64,000 nt of DNA from Vicinamibacterales bacterium (lineage in GTDB: Bacteria > Acidobacteriota > Vicinamibacteria > Vicinamibacterales > JAMQPK01), in NCBI GenBank assembly GCA_035937795.1, contig DASZHO010000051.1, positions 35,290 to 99,289 on the forward strand, written 5' to 3'. Shown here one piece after another: positions 44,416 to 51,081 of the stretch. Positions within the stretch are counted from its first letter, which is position 1, and every line of letters starts with the position of its first letter. The notes below the pieces were generated by a model, which saw nothing but the letters and a program-made list of their open reading frames with translations, did not search any database and was not told the DNA's origin. Made by a program: the position numbers and the translations under genes.

Positions 44416-44661
44416 ATGAAACTCATCATCGTCGACCGCTCAAAATTTGCGACGTATCAGCGGCTGCTGGACAAATTCTCTGACGACCTCAATGTGAGGG
44501 TCATCTGGGATCGTCGCAAGAACCAAATACGGCAACGCGCAGTGCCGCACACGCCCGAGCGCCGTTCCGGCGACCGCCGCCGCCTCGCGAAGCCGTGGAA
44601 CGGGAAAGACTACATCGTCATCAATGCGGTCGTTGAACGGCGGCGCGAGGGCGTGGGATGA
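44416..44661 (+). CDS. Small Arg-rich hypothetical protein (81 aa)
   Basis: MKLIIVDRSKFATYQRLLDKFSDDLNVRVIWDRRKNQIRQRAVPHTPERRSGDRRRL... The first about 35 aa look like the start of a receiver fold, followed by ERR/DRR-rich basic repeats. I recall similar small ORFs in Acidobacteria and Deltaproteobacteria but know no function for them. Confidence 0.45.
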   Translation: MKLIIVDRSKFATYQRLLDKFSDDLNVRVIWDRRKNQIRQRAVPHTPERRSGDRRRLAKPWNGKDYIVINAVVERRREGVG

Positions 44662-44683
44662 ATCCGGACCTGAAGGATGGGAC

Positions 44684-44881
44684 GTGCTAGTACGAATCGT
44701 CCGGCGACCGTTCGGCTTTGCCCACGGCGTGTCCCTCAGACGGTTCAGGCCGGGACAGACCTACGATCTAGATCCTTCGGTGGCCGATTACCTCATCGTG
44801 CAGGGGTTCGCCAGAATGGAGATGAGGCGAGAGGAGCGATCGATCGGGGCGCGCCCGGGGGATCGCCGCAAGATGCGCTGA
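44684..44881 (+). CDS. Small hypothetical protein (65 aa) with a basic tail
   Basis: GTG 44684 is preceded by GAAGGATGGGA. The sequence is VLVRIVRRPFGFAHGVSLRRFRPGQTYDLDPSVADYLIVQGFARMEMRREERS... It lies 22 nt after the previous small ORF. Confidence 0.4.
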   Translation: MLVRIVRRPFGFAHGVSLRRFRPGQTYDLDPSVADYLIVQGFARMEMRREERSIGARPGDRRKMR

Positions 44882-45724
44882 TCAGGCGATCACGTCGACG
44901 CGGCAGATCCATCCAGTGCTGGGACTCCTGTCCCTCTCCCATCCCGGATGGATACCTGCGTCGCAGAAATAGAGCTTTTCGTTCAGCAGCGCCAGGCCGT
45001 GCGGATCCGGATCGCCAACTGCCAACTGAATGGTCTCGAGCGTGGCGCCGGTTTTAGCGTCCATTTTCATGATTCGCGCCGCATCGTCTCCGTCCACCAC
45101 CCACATCGCTCCGTGGTCCCAGGCCAGCCCGTGCGGGCGCGCCATCTGAAATGGATGCGCGATGATCGGCTGAAACGTTTCCGCATCAACCTCCATCAGG
45201 GCCTTCAACCGGCCCGCCGCCATCCAGAGCTTGCCGTCCACATACTCGATGCCGGTCATCGACCCGCCGCCGAGCGGCACCTCGTGGCGCTTCACAAGTT
45301 TGCCGTTCATGTCCAACTGGACAATTTCCGGCGCTGTCCGATCGATTTTCACCGGCCGATCGAACTGCTGGGCGCCGTTGGCCGACATCCAGATGTAGCC
45401 GCCGCCCACGGCGATGCCGCTGCAATTGTGGCATTCGGTATCCAGCGCTCGCAGCACTTTGCCGTCCAGATCCATCAGGATCGCGCGATCGGTCACCTGT
45501 TCGCCAATCCAGAGTCCCTCGGCGCTTGCGTCGAGCGCGTTGGGATGGCCGTCGGGCGTCTTGAAGAGTTTCGCGATAGTGGCCTTGCGGACTGGCGGCG
45601 GAGGCGAAGTGCGAGCGGGCGCGCGCACTTCGCCGGGCGCAAGCGGCCGGCCCTGGCCGAACGAGGGCGCTGAACCCACGGCGACGCCCGCGCCGATCGA
45701 CATCAAGAAATCTCTTCGCTTCAT
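44882..45724 (-). CDS. TAT-signal beta-propeller protein
   Basis: The start is set at MKRRDFLMSIGAGVAVGSAPSFG. Repeated blade-like segments are present (GLWIGEQ.., GGGYIWMSANG, GKLWMAAG, GAMWVVDGD, KLYFCDAG). The exact family is uncertain (glutaminyl cyclase-like or NHL/YncE-like). Confidence 0.5.
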   Translation of the reverse strand: MKRRDFLMSIGAGVAVGSAPSFGQGRPLAPGEVRAPARTSPPPPVRKATIAKLFKTPDGHPNALDASAEGLWIGEQVTDRAILMDLDGKVLRALDTECHNCSGIAVGGGYIWMSANGAQQFDRPVKIDRTAPEIVQLDMNGKLVKRHEVPLGGGSMTGIEYVDGKLWMAAGRLKALMEVDAETFQPIIAHPFQMARPHGLAWDHGAMWVVDGDDAARIMKMDAKTGATLETIQLAVGDPDPHGLALLNEKLYFCDAGIHPGWERDRSPSTGWICRVDVIA

Positions 45725-45756
45725 AGACAGGACGTTGTCCGAGCGCCGGAGTTTTG

Positions 45757-46053
45757 TCAAGGCGCCTCTTCGATTTCGTCGATCGGACAGGTGAGGCGCG
45801 GACGGCGCGGGTCGCTGATATCAAGCTGGTTCCAGCGCGCCACGAGCTTCCTGCGCCTGCCGAACAAGGCCGCCGTCAGCGACCAGCGCTCGAGGAGCGC
45901 ACCGGAGCCGAGCAAGTACGCCACGATCTGATGCTCGCCGTCGCGGCACTCGGAGCGCACGTCTATGACATTGGCGACCGTCCGGCCGTCCGAGGCGACG
46001 ACGCGGCTGCCGATCAAGTCTTCAAGGCGGATCGTGCGCGGCACAGCGGTCAT
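45757..46053 (-). CDS. PRC-barrel-like small protein
   Basis: The start is set at MTAVPRTIRLEDLIGSRVVASDGRTVANVIDVR, a PRC-barrel-like G..V...dG..vG.v.dv pattern. The ATGA overlaps the upstream gene stop. Confidence 0.4.
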   Translation of the reverse strand: MTAVPRTIRLEDLIGSRVVASDGRTVANVIDVRSECRDGEHQIVAYLLGSGALLERWSLTAALFGRRRKLVARWNQLDISDPRRPRLTCPIDEIEEAP

Positions 46054-46439
46054 TTCCTGCCTCGGGGCGACTTCCCTCCGGGCAATTTCCTGATCACGTG
46101 CTCGCGCAGCCATTTTTCACCGCGCAGCAACCGCTCGTCGGCCTCCGAATCGAGCGGCATCTCGACGTCGATACCCTTGCGGCGGACGTCCTCGAACGGG
46201 AGCCGCACCGAGTCGAGCGGCACCGGGCTCCACCGCTCTCCGAGCCGCTGCAACCATTCCGCGAGTCTCACACTCACGCGGCGCAGCGCCGTGAGCGTGC
46301 CGATTTCAATTTCTCCGAGCCGCGGAGGCTTGTCCTGGCGAAGATAGACGATGATGCCGTCAACGCGGCCGAATTCCCGGCCGTTCCTGTCGAGCAGGAG
46401 CTGATCGAGCACGTCGCGGACAACGTCGAATTCAACCAC
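46050..46439 (-). CDS. PRC-barrel-like protein
   Basis: The GTG start at 46439 overlaps the Nramp 3' end by 8 nt. VVEFDVVRDVLDQLLLDRNGREFGRVDGIIVYL fits the PRC-barrel pattern. Confidence 0.4.
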   Translation of the reverse strand: MVEFDVVRDVLDQLLLDRNGREFGRVDGIIVYLRQDKPPRLGEIEIGTLTALRRVSVRLAEWLQRLGERWSPVPLDSVRLPFEDVRRKGIDVEMPLDSEADERLLRGEKWLREHVIRKLPGGKSPRGRK

Positions 46440-47646
46440 CGAGCACCTGCACGGGTATCGCGAGCAAGGCCAGCACGAACGACAGCAGCACGATTGCAAC
46501 CACGGCCACGTTGGTGACCAGCCCGTTGGTATACGCCTTCAGCCTGCGTCTGTCGTTCATGATGACGATGAGAGGAGCAATCATGATCGGGAGCGCCAGG
46601 ACCGTCATCGACATGGAGAACATCGTGAACTTGAGCGGATCGATACCCAGGATCGACGGAATGATGCCGAGCACGATCGCGACGATGTACGTAAGCGCGA
46701 AGCGGGCTTCCTCAGCAGGCTCCTGGCTCTCGCCCCATTTCCATCCGAACGTCTGCGCCGTGATGTAGCTCACGTCCAGCGCCACTTCCAGCGCCGCGCC
46801 GACGCTGCCGATGAAGAGCGAGGCACAGAACAGCCAGAATCCCCACCGGCCGAGGGGCTGGCTCAGCGCGACCCCGGCCTGTTGATAGGTATCGGCAACG
46901 ATGCCGCGCGGCGCAAGCACCATCGCCGCAACGACGAGCACCGCCATGTTGATCATGCTGCCGAAACCCATGCCGAATGCGGCCGTCATCTTGTTCGGCG
47001 TGAGATCGGACGTCTTCCAGCGATCTTCAATGGCGCCGGAGGAATAAAACGAAACCAGATAGGGACTGACGGTGGCGCCGATGATGCCGACGGCGAGATA
47101 GGCGTACTGAGCCCCATCTTTCATTGGACGGCGCGGGATGAAGCCACGGGCGACCTCGCGCCAGTCCGGATGCAGCCACCACGCCGCGAGCACGAACGAC
47201 AGCGTCACCATTCCGAGAATGGCGACGCCGCTCTCGATCGATCCAAACGTGCCCTTCCACAGCACCGCCCAGACAAGGAAGGCCACCGGAATGGCCCACA
47301 CACGGATGGAGATTCCCGTGGCAAGCTCCAGCGCAAGGGATGCGCCGCCGATCTCTGACGCCAGCACCAGCAGATCGATGAGGATCTGCGTGGCAAGCGG
47401 CCAGACCTGAAACGAAAAGCCGAAGTCTTCGCGCATGGCGCCGATGACCGTTTCTCCGCTGACGGCGGACAGCCGGCCGCTCATCTCGAGAAGAAACGCA
47501 ATGCAGATCGTGCCAAGCGCGATTGCCCAGAGCAGCTCGAAACGGAACGCCGCACCCGCCTGCAGCGCGGTGCCCATGGAACCGACTTCGAGGTAGCTGC
47601 CCACGCTCGTCAGGATGCCAAGCGCGGCCTTCTTGAGCGTCTTCAT
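46432..47646 (-). CDS. mntH: Nramp-family divalent metal (Mn/Fe) transporter
   Basis: 404 aa with about 11 TM helices. It has Nramp-type N-terminal segments, and its start overlaps the upstream gene stop (ATGA). Confidence 0.85.
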   Translation of the reverse strand: MKTLKKAALGILTSVGSYLEVGSMGTALQAGAAFRFELLWAIALGTICIAFLLEMSGRLSAVSGETVIGAMREDFGFSFQVWPLATQILIDLLVLASEIGGASLALELATGISIRVWAIPVAFLVWAVLWKGTFGSIESGVAILGMVTLSFVLAAWWLHPDWREVARGFIPRRPMKDGAQYAYLAVGIIGATVSPYLVSFYSSGAIEDRWKTSDLTPNKMTAAFGMGFGSMINMAVLVVAAMVLAPRGIVADTYQQAGVALSQPLGRWGFWLFCASLFIGSVGAALEVALDVSYITAQTFGWKWGESQEPAEEARFALTYIVAIVLGIIPSILGIDPLKFTMFSMSMTVLALPIMIAPLIVIMNDRRRLKAYTNGLVTNVAVVAIVLLSFVLALLAIPVQVLGG

Positions 47647-48080
47647 CGAGCGGCCCGCACGCTATCGGCGAGCGCACGCAAAGCCATGTGGAGCTGCCGC
47701 AGCCGCCCGGCATCGAGCAGGCCGGTATGCGCCGCGTTGTCGAACTGCTGCCGCACCTGATCGTTCAGCGCGCCCGCCCGATCCCGCACGGCAGGCGGAA
47801 CATCCCGCGATTCGTTGAGCGGCCGCTGGAGCTGCCCGGTTTCGAGCGATCCCGCCGCAACGAGGTCCCTGACGTACGCGTCAGGCACATACCGCCGCTG
47901 CCGCAACTCCTCGGAATATGTTCCCGCGGACGCCCACGCCGCGCTCTGTTCGATCAGGCGCGCGTATTTTTCCGACCGCGATCGGTCGCATGCCGACGAC
48001 ATCAGGATCACCGCCATCAGGATCGTCGCCGTGCTGGTGATTCGCAGTGGCCCCAACAGCGACCATGATAAGCGCGTCAC
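47643..48080 (-). CDS. Hypothetical membrane-anchored or lipoprotein-like protein, first gene of the Nramp operon
   Basis: GTG start. N-terminal hydrophobic segment ending in SSAC. The rest is helical. I recognise no family. Confidence 0.4.
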   Translation of the reverse strand: MTRLSWSLLGPLRITSTATILMAVILMSSACDRSRSEKYARLIEQSAAWASAGTYSEELRQRRYVPDAYVRDLVAAGSLETGQLQRPLNESRDVPPAVRDRAGALNDQVRQQFDNAAHTGLLDAGRLRQLHMALRALADSVRAAR

Positions 48081-48183
48081 GTCCCGCCATGCCGCCGCCG
48101 CAGGGAATTAGTTCAATGAAGGGCTTGCTCTCGCGGGGGAGATCGATCGTGCGCGCGACGGCGCAACACGGCCCGAAGGGGAC

Positions 48184-48216
48184 GCGCTTCGCCTGAAGTG
48201 GATGCGCTTCGCCTGA
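48184..48216 (-). promoter_or_regulatory. 13-bp perfect direct repeat (gcgcttcgcctga x2, 20-bp spacing) upstream of the Nramp operon
   Basis: The copies are at 48184-48196 and 48204-48216. They lie about 105-135 nt upstream of the operon's first start codon (48080) and just downstream of the metallothionein-like ORF. Confidence 0.35.
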
Positions 48217-48236
48217 TGCCAGCGACTTTTGTGCCC

Positions 48237-48389
48237 TTAAAGGTTACAGGCTGGGTGCTTGCAGTCGCATTTGAGCTCGATCTCGTCCGCGGCCTCGCGG
48301 CAGTGCTCGCTGCAATATTTGCCGTAAGCTCCGTCTTTGGAAACGCTGCACTTACAGGCAGGGTGGGCGCACTTGGTAGTGTCTGACAT
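48237..48389 (-). CDS. Cys/His-rich metallothionein-like small protein (50 aa; not in the ORF track)
   Basis: The reverse strand from the ATG at 48389 reads MSDTTKCAHPACKCSVSKDGAYGKYCSEHCREAADEIELKCDCKHPACNL, ending at TAA. It has 9 Cys and 3 His in 50 aa, arranged as CxHPxCxC ... YCSxxC ... CxCxHxxC. A GGAG lies about 8 nt upstream. Confidence 0.6.
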   Translation of the reverse strand: MSDTTKCAHPACKCSVSKDGAYGKYCSEHCREAADEIELKCDCKHPACNL

Positions 48390-48415
48390 GTTTGCTCCGT
48401 GATTTGGGGAAAGCT

Positions 48416-48438
48416 GGCGGGTCCGGGTGGGACCCGCC
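48416..48438 (-). terminator. Stem-loop between the DUF1328 gene and the metallothionein-like gene
   Basis: Perfect 9-bp GC-rich stem, ggcgggtcc (48416-48424) pairing with ggacccgcc (48430-48438), with a 5-nt loop. On the minus strand it is followed by agctttcccc. Confidence 0.45.
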
Positions 48439-48458
48439 GCAAGCGAGCGACGGCTGGT

Positions 48459-48626
48459 TTAGATGACGGGCCCTCTCCGTCCTGTGGCGAGATGGATCAC
48501 CAACAGGATGATGCCGATAATGAAGAGCACCCAAGCGATCTGGGACGCGACGGCCGCGACACCGCTGGCGCCAAGCACCCCGGCAATCAGGCCCACGATG
48601 AGAAACACGAGCGCGTAATAGAGCAC
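48459..48626 (-). CDS. DUF1328 (UPF0391/YtjA-like) small membrane protein (55 aa; not in the ORF track)
   Basis: A GTG at 48626 is preceded by GGAAAAGGAGGTAACC. The sequence VLYYALVFLIVGLIAGVLGASGVAAVASQIAWVLFIIGIILLVIHLATGRRGPVI is the characteristic two-helix DUF1328 sequence. Confidence 0.7.
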   Translation of the reverse strand: MLYYALVFLIVGLIAGVLGASGVAAVASQIAWVLFIIGIILLVIHLATGRRGPVI

Positions 48627-48883
48627 GGTTACCTCCTTTTCCGAGGTGAAGAAAAGCAGAACGTATGCCGCTTTCCATTCCTATATGCATCAATGGTTTG
48701 CGCAGAATCCCAACTCATCTATGTAGCGGATCGCTGCAGATTGGCATTTCCGCGCGTCTCACGCGTGGCACAGATTTCGGAGGAACTCCGAAACCATGGA
48801 CGACATCAGAGAGCTTGCCGAATCACCGACCTCCATTCACAACGAGGTTCATTACGTGGAACGGAACGAATGATGTGCAGCCG

Positions 48884-48889
48884 TATAAT
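48884..48889 (+). promoter_or_regulatory. Perfect TATAAT -10 hexamer upstream of the PEBP gene
   Basis: ccgTATAATgc lies in an unusually AT-richer 295-bp divergent intergenic region, 33 nt before ATG 48922. An AAGGAG Shine-Dalgarno is at 48911-48916. The -35 element is not convincing. Confidence 0.35.
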
Positions 48890-48921
48890 GCTCCCGCTGA
48901 CCGATCAGCAAAGGAGCGGGT

Positions 48922-49551
48922 ATGACAGCGGGAATGAAGCAAGCGATGGCTGCAATGACGTTCCTCGCCGCAGCGGCGGTGAGCGTCGCGGGACAACAGG
49001 GCGGAGCCGCGGCAGGGCAAGGGGGCGGCCGAGGAGGTGGCGGCGGGCGCGGACCAGCGGGTCCTCCATTCACGGTCAGCAGCTCGGCGCTGACCGACCT
49101 GCAAATTCTGCCGTCGAAGTACGGATGCGCGGCCTCGCCGGTCAACGTGTCGCCGCCGATTTCCTGGACCAACGCGCCCCCCAATACGCAGAGTTTTGCG
49201 CTGCTCGTGCAGGATATGGAACCGCGGCCAGGCCGCGGCGTGCAAGCGTTTCCGCACTGGTGGATCTGGAACATCCCGTCAACCGCCACCTCCCTGCCGG
49301 AAGGCGTGGCGAGCACCGGGGAGCTTGCCGACGGATCGCGACAGACTCCGTCGCAGCTGCAAGGCGCGACGATCACCTATCGTTCGCCGTGTCCACCGGC
49401 GCCCCAGGTGCACCACTACTCGTTCGATCTCTACGCGCTCGACACGAAGCTCGATACGCTCGCATCTGGTGCTTCGCGCGACGATCTGAACAAGGCGATG
49501 GATGGCCACGTCATCGGGCATGCGGTGATGGTGATCCCGTTCCATCAATAA
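48922..49551 (+). CDS. YbhB/YbcL-family PEBP (Raf-kinase-inhibitor-like) periplasmic protein
   Basis: Signal peptide, a Gly-rich linker, then PFTVSSSA...LPSKY...SPPISW.N.P..TQSFALLVQD.D...HWWIWNIP and the YRSPCPP....HHYSFDLYALD motifs typical of bacterial PEBP. Confidence 0.8.
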   Translation: MTAGMKQAMAAMTFLAAAAVSVAGQQGGAAAGQGGGRGGGGGRGPAGPPFTVSSSALTDLQILPSKYGCAASPVNVSPPISWTNAPPNTQSFALLVQDMEPRPGRGVQAFPHWWIWNIPSTATSLPEGVASTGELADGSRQTPSQLQGATITYRSPCPPAPQVHHYSFDLYALDTKLDTLASGASRDDLNKAMDGHVIGHAVMVIPFHQ

Positions 49552-49555
49552 GGGA

Positions 49556-49639
49556 GAAACGAGATCGGGAGTCGTTGTCTTGGCGCGTGCGACCGATGAA
49601 CGCGCGCGACCGATGACAACAACTCCCGATCTCGTTTTC
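49556..49639. terminator. Long imperfect palindrome (about 22-bp arms, structured 35-nt loop) between the PEBP stop and the KirBac start
   Basis: The left arm gaaacgagatcgggagtcgttgtc (49556-49579) pairs with gacaacaactcccgatctcgttttc (49615-49639), with one mismatch and one bulge. The loop contains gcgaccgatga twice and its own GC hairpin. The right arm ends in TTTTC, 1 nt before the GTG start of the next gene. Confidence 0.5.
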
Positions 49640-49640
49640 A

Positions 49641-50624
49641 GTGCAAACTCCATTTGAACCCAGTCCGTTAGCAGCGCGGCAAACGGCTGACGAGCAGGCG
49701 CGCGACCGCGACCTCGGCTTCGGTTCGGTCGTCAGCCGCGACAGCCGCGCCCGCCTCCTCAACCGCAACGGCACGTTCAACGTGATCCGCGAGGGTCTCC
49801 GCTGGCTCGAAATGGTCGAGCCGCATACGCTGCTGCGGATTTCCTGGACGAAATTCATCGCGGTTGTCGTCGGTGTGTACGTCGTGCTGAATCTGATTTT
49901 CGCCCTGTGCTTCATGGCGTTCGGGCCCGGCGACCTGCTTGGACCTGGCGCACAGATGCTCGGCGGCCAGTTCAGCCAGGCCTTCTTCTTCAGCGTCCAG
50001 ACATTTGCGACCATCGGCTACGGGCAGATTGGTCCCAACGGCCTGGCCGCCAATCTGATCGTCACCGTCGAGGCGCTCGTCGGTATGATGTATCAGGCGC
50101 TCGCGACGGGTCTGCTCTTCGCCCGCTTTGCGCGGCCGACGGCGGATATCCTGTTCAGCCATCTCGCCGTGATCGCGCCCTACGCCGACGGGCTGTCGTT
50201 TCAGTTCCGCATCGCCAACCTGCGCCGGAACGAGATTATCGAGCTCGAGGCCAACGTGTTGTACAGTGCCATGGAACCGGACGGACGCGGCGGCACGGTG
50301 CGGAGATATTCGCCGCTTCCCCTCGAGCGGAACAAGGTGGTGTTCTTTCCGCTGTCCTGGACGATTGTTCACCCGATAGACGCGGCGAGCCCGCTAGCCG
50401 GCAAGACTCGCGACGACCTGGCGCGCAGCCGTGCGGAGATTCTCGTGCTGCTGTCGGGCATCGACGAAACGTTCGAGCAGGGGGTGCACGCGCGGTCGTC
50501 GTACGTGACGGACGAAATCGCCTGGAACGCGCGCTTCAAGTCGATGTATCGGCAATCCGACGGGCCGATGGGCGTCACGGTGGACATCAAGCAGTTGCAC
50601 GCGATCGAGCCGGTCAAAACATGA
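49641..50624 (+). CDS. Prokaryotic inward-rectifier-type potassium channel (KirBac)
   Basis: Selectivity filter TIGYG (FSVQTFATIGYGQ), two TM helices, and a Kir-type cytoplasmic Ig-like C-terminal domain. GTG is the only in-frame start candidate upstream of the conserved N-terminal region. Confidence 0.85.
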   Translation: MQTPFEPSPLAARQTADEQARDRDLGFGSVVSRDSRARLLNRNGTFNVIREGLRWLEMVEPHTLLRISWTKFIAVVVGVYVVLNLIFALCFMAFGPGDLLGPGAQMLGGQFSQAFFFSVQTFATIGYGQIGPNGLAANLIVTVEALVGMMYQALATGLLFARFARPTADILFSHLAVIAPYADGLSFQFRIANLRRNEIIELEANVLYSAMEPDGRGGTVRRYSPLPLERNKVVFFPLSWTIVHPIDAASPLAGKTRDDLARSRAEILVLLSGIDETFEQGVHARSSYVTDEIAWNARFKSMYRQSDGPMGVTVDIKQLHAIEPVKT

Positions 50625-51070
50625 CCGCACGTCACGCCCTCTTCGCCGTCCTTTCCGTCCTCCTGTCGAGCGCCGGCTGTGGGGGAGGCGATCCCTCGAA
50701 CGCGCCCCCGGGTCCGTTGCCCGAGTACAAAGTGATCGACCTCACGCCGGGCGCGGGCGCCTCGCCGAAAGCGGGCGATCGCATCACGGTGAACTACACC
50801 GGCTGGCTGTACGACCCGAGCAAGCCGGACAACAAGGGCAAGCAGTTCGATACGTCGGTCGGGCGCGGGCCGTTCACCTTCACCCTGCGCGGGGGCGAGG
50901 TGATTCCGGGGTGGGATATGGGCTTCGACCACCTGAAGCTTGGAGGGACGCGGCGGCTGATCATCCCGCCGCATCTTGGCTATGGCGCGCAAGGCACGCC
51001 GGACGGCGCGATTCCTCCCAATTCGGCGCTGGTGTTCGAGATGCAGTTGCTGGATATCAAGCCGAAATAA
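50621..51070 (+). CDS. FKBP-type peptidyl-prolyl cis-trans isomerase, probable lipoprotein
   Basis: ATG 50621 overlaps the KirBac stop (ATGA). The N-terminus is LLSSAGCGGG. The FKBP core reads VNYTGWL.DG..FDTS..RG.PFTFTLG.GEVIPGWD.G...GG.R.L.IPP.LGYG. Confidence 0.9.
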   Translation: MTARHALFAVLSVLLSSAGCGGGDPSNAPPGPLPEYKVIDLTPGAGASPKAGDRITVNYTGWLYDPSKPDNKGKQFDTSVGRGPFTFTLRGGEVIPGWDMGFDHLKLGGTRRLIIPPHLGYGAQGTPDGAIPPNSALVFEMQLLDIKPK

Positions 51071-51081
51071 GCGCCTACCTC

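Noticed and set aside
44336-44419. 27-codon upstream ORF (MLTAPPFPRAPVVGICGCQIPRQSRFE) whose TGA overlaps the ATG of the 81-aa gene; considered as a leader peptide or RiPP precursor
   Set aside because: There is no Shine-Dalgarno before its ATG and no way to test conservation here. A chance ORF of this length is expected in GC-rich spacer sequence. It is worth a look only if the RRE hypothesis gains support.
48766-48782. Sigma-54-like TGGCAC element in the divergent region upstream of the PEBP gene
   Set aside because: The -12 element does not match: tcgga sits where TTGCA/T is expected after the 5-nt spacer. No enhancer-binding protein gene is nearby.
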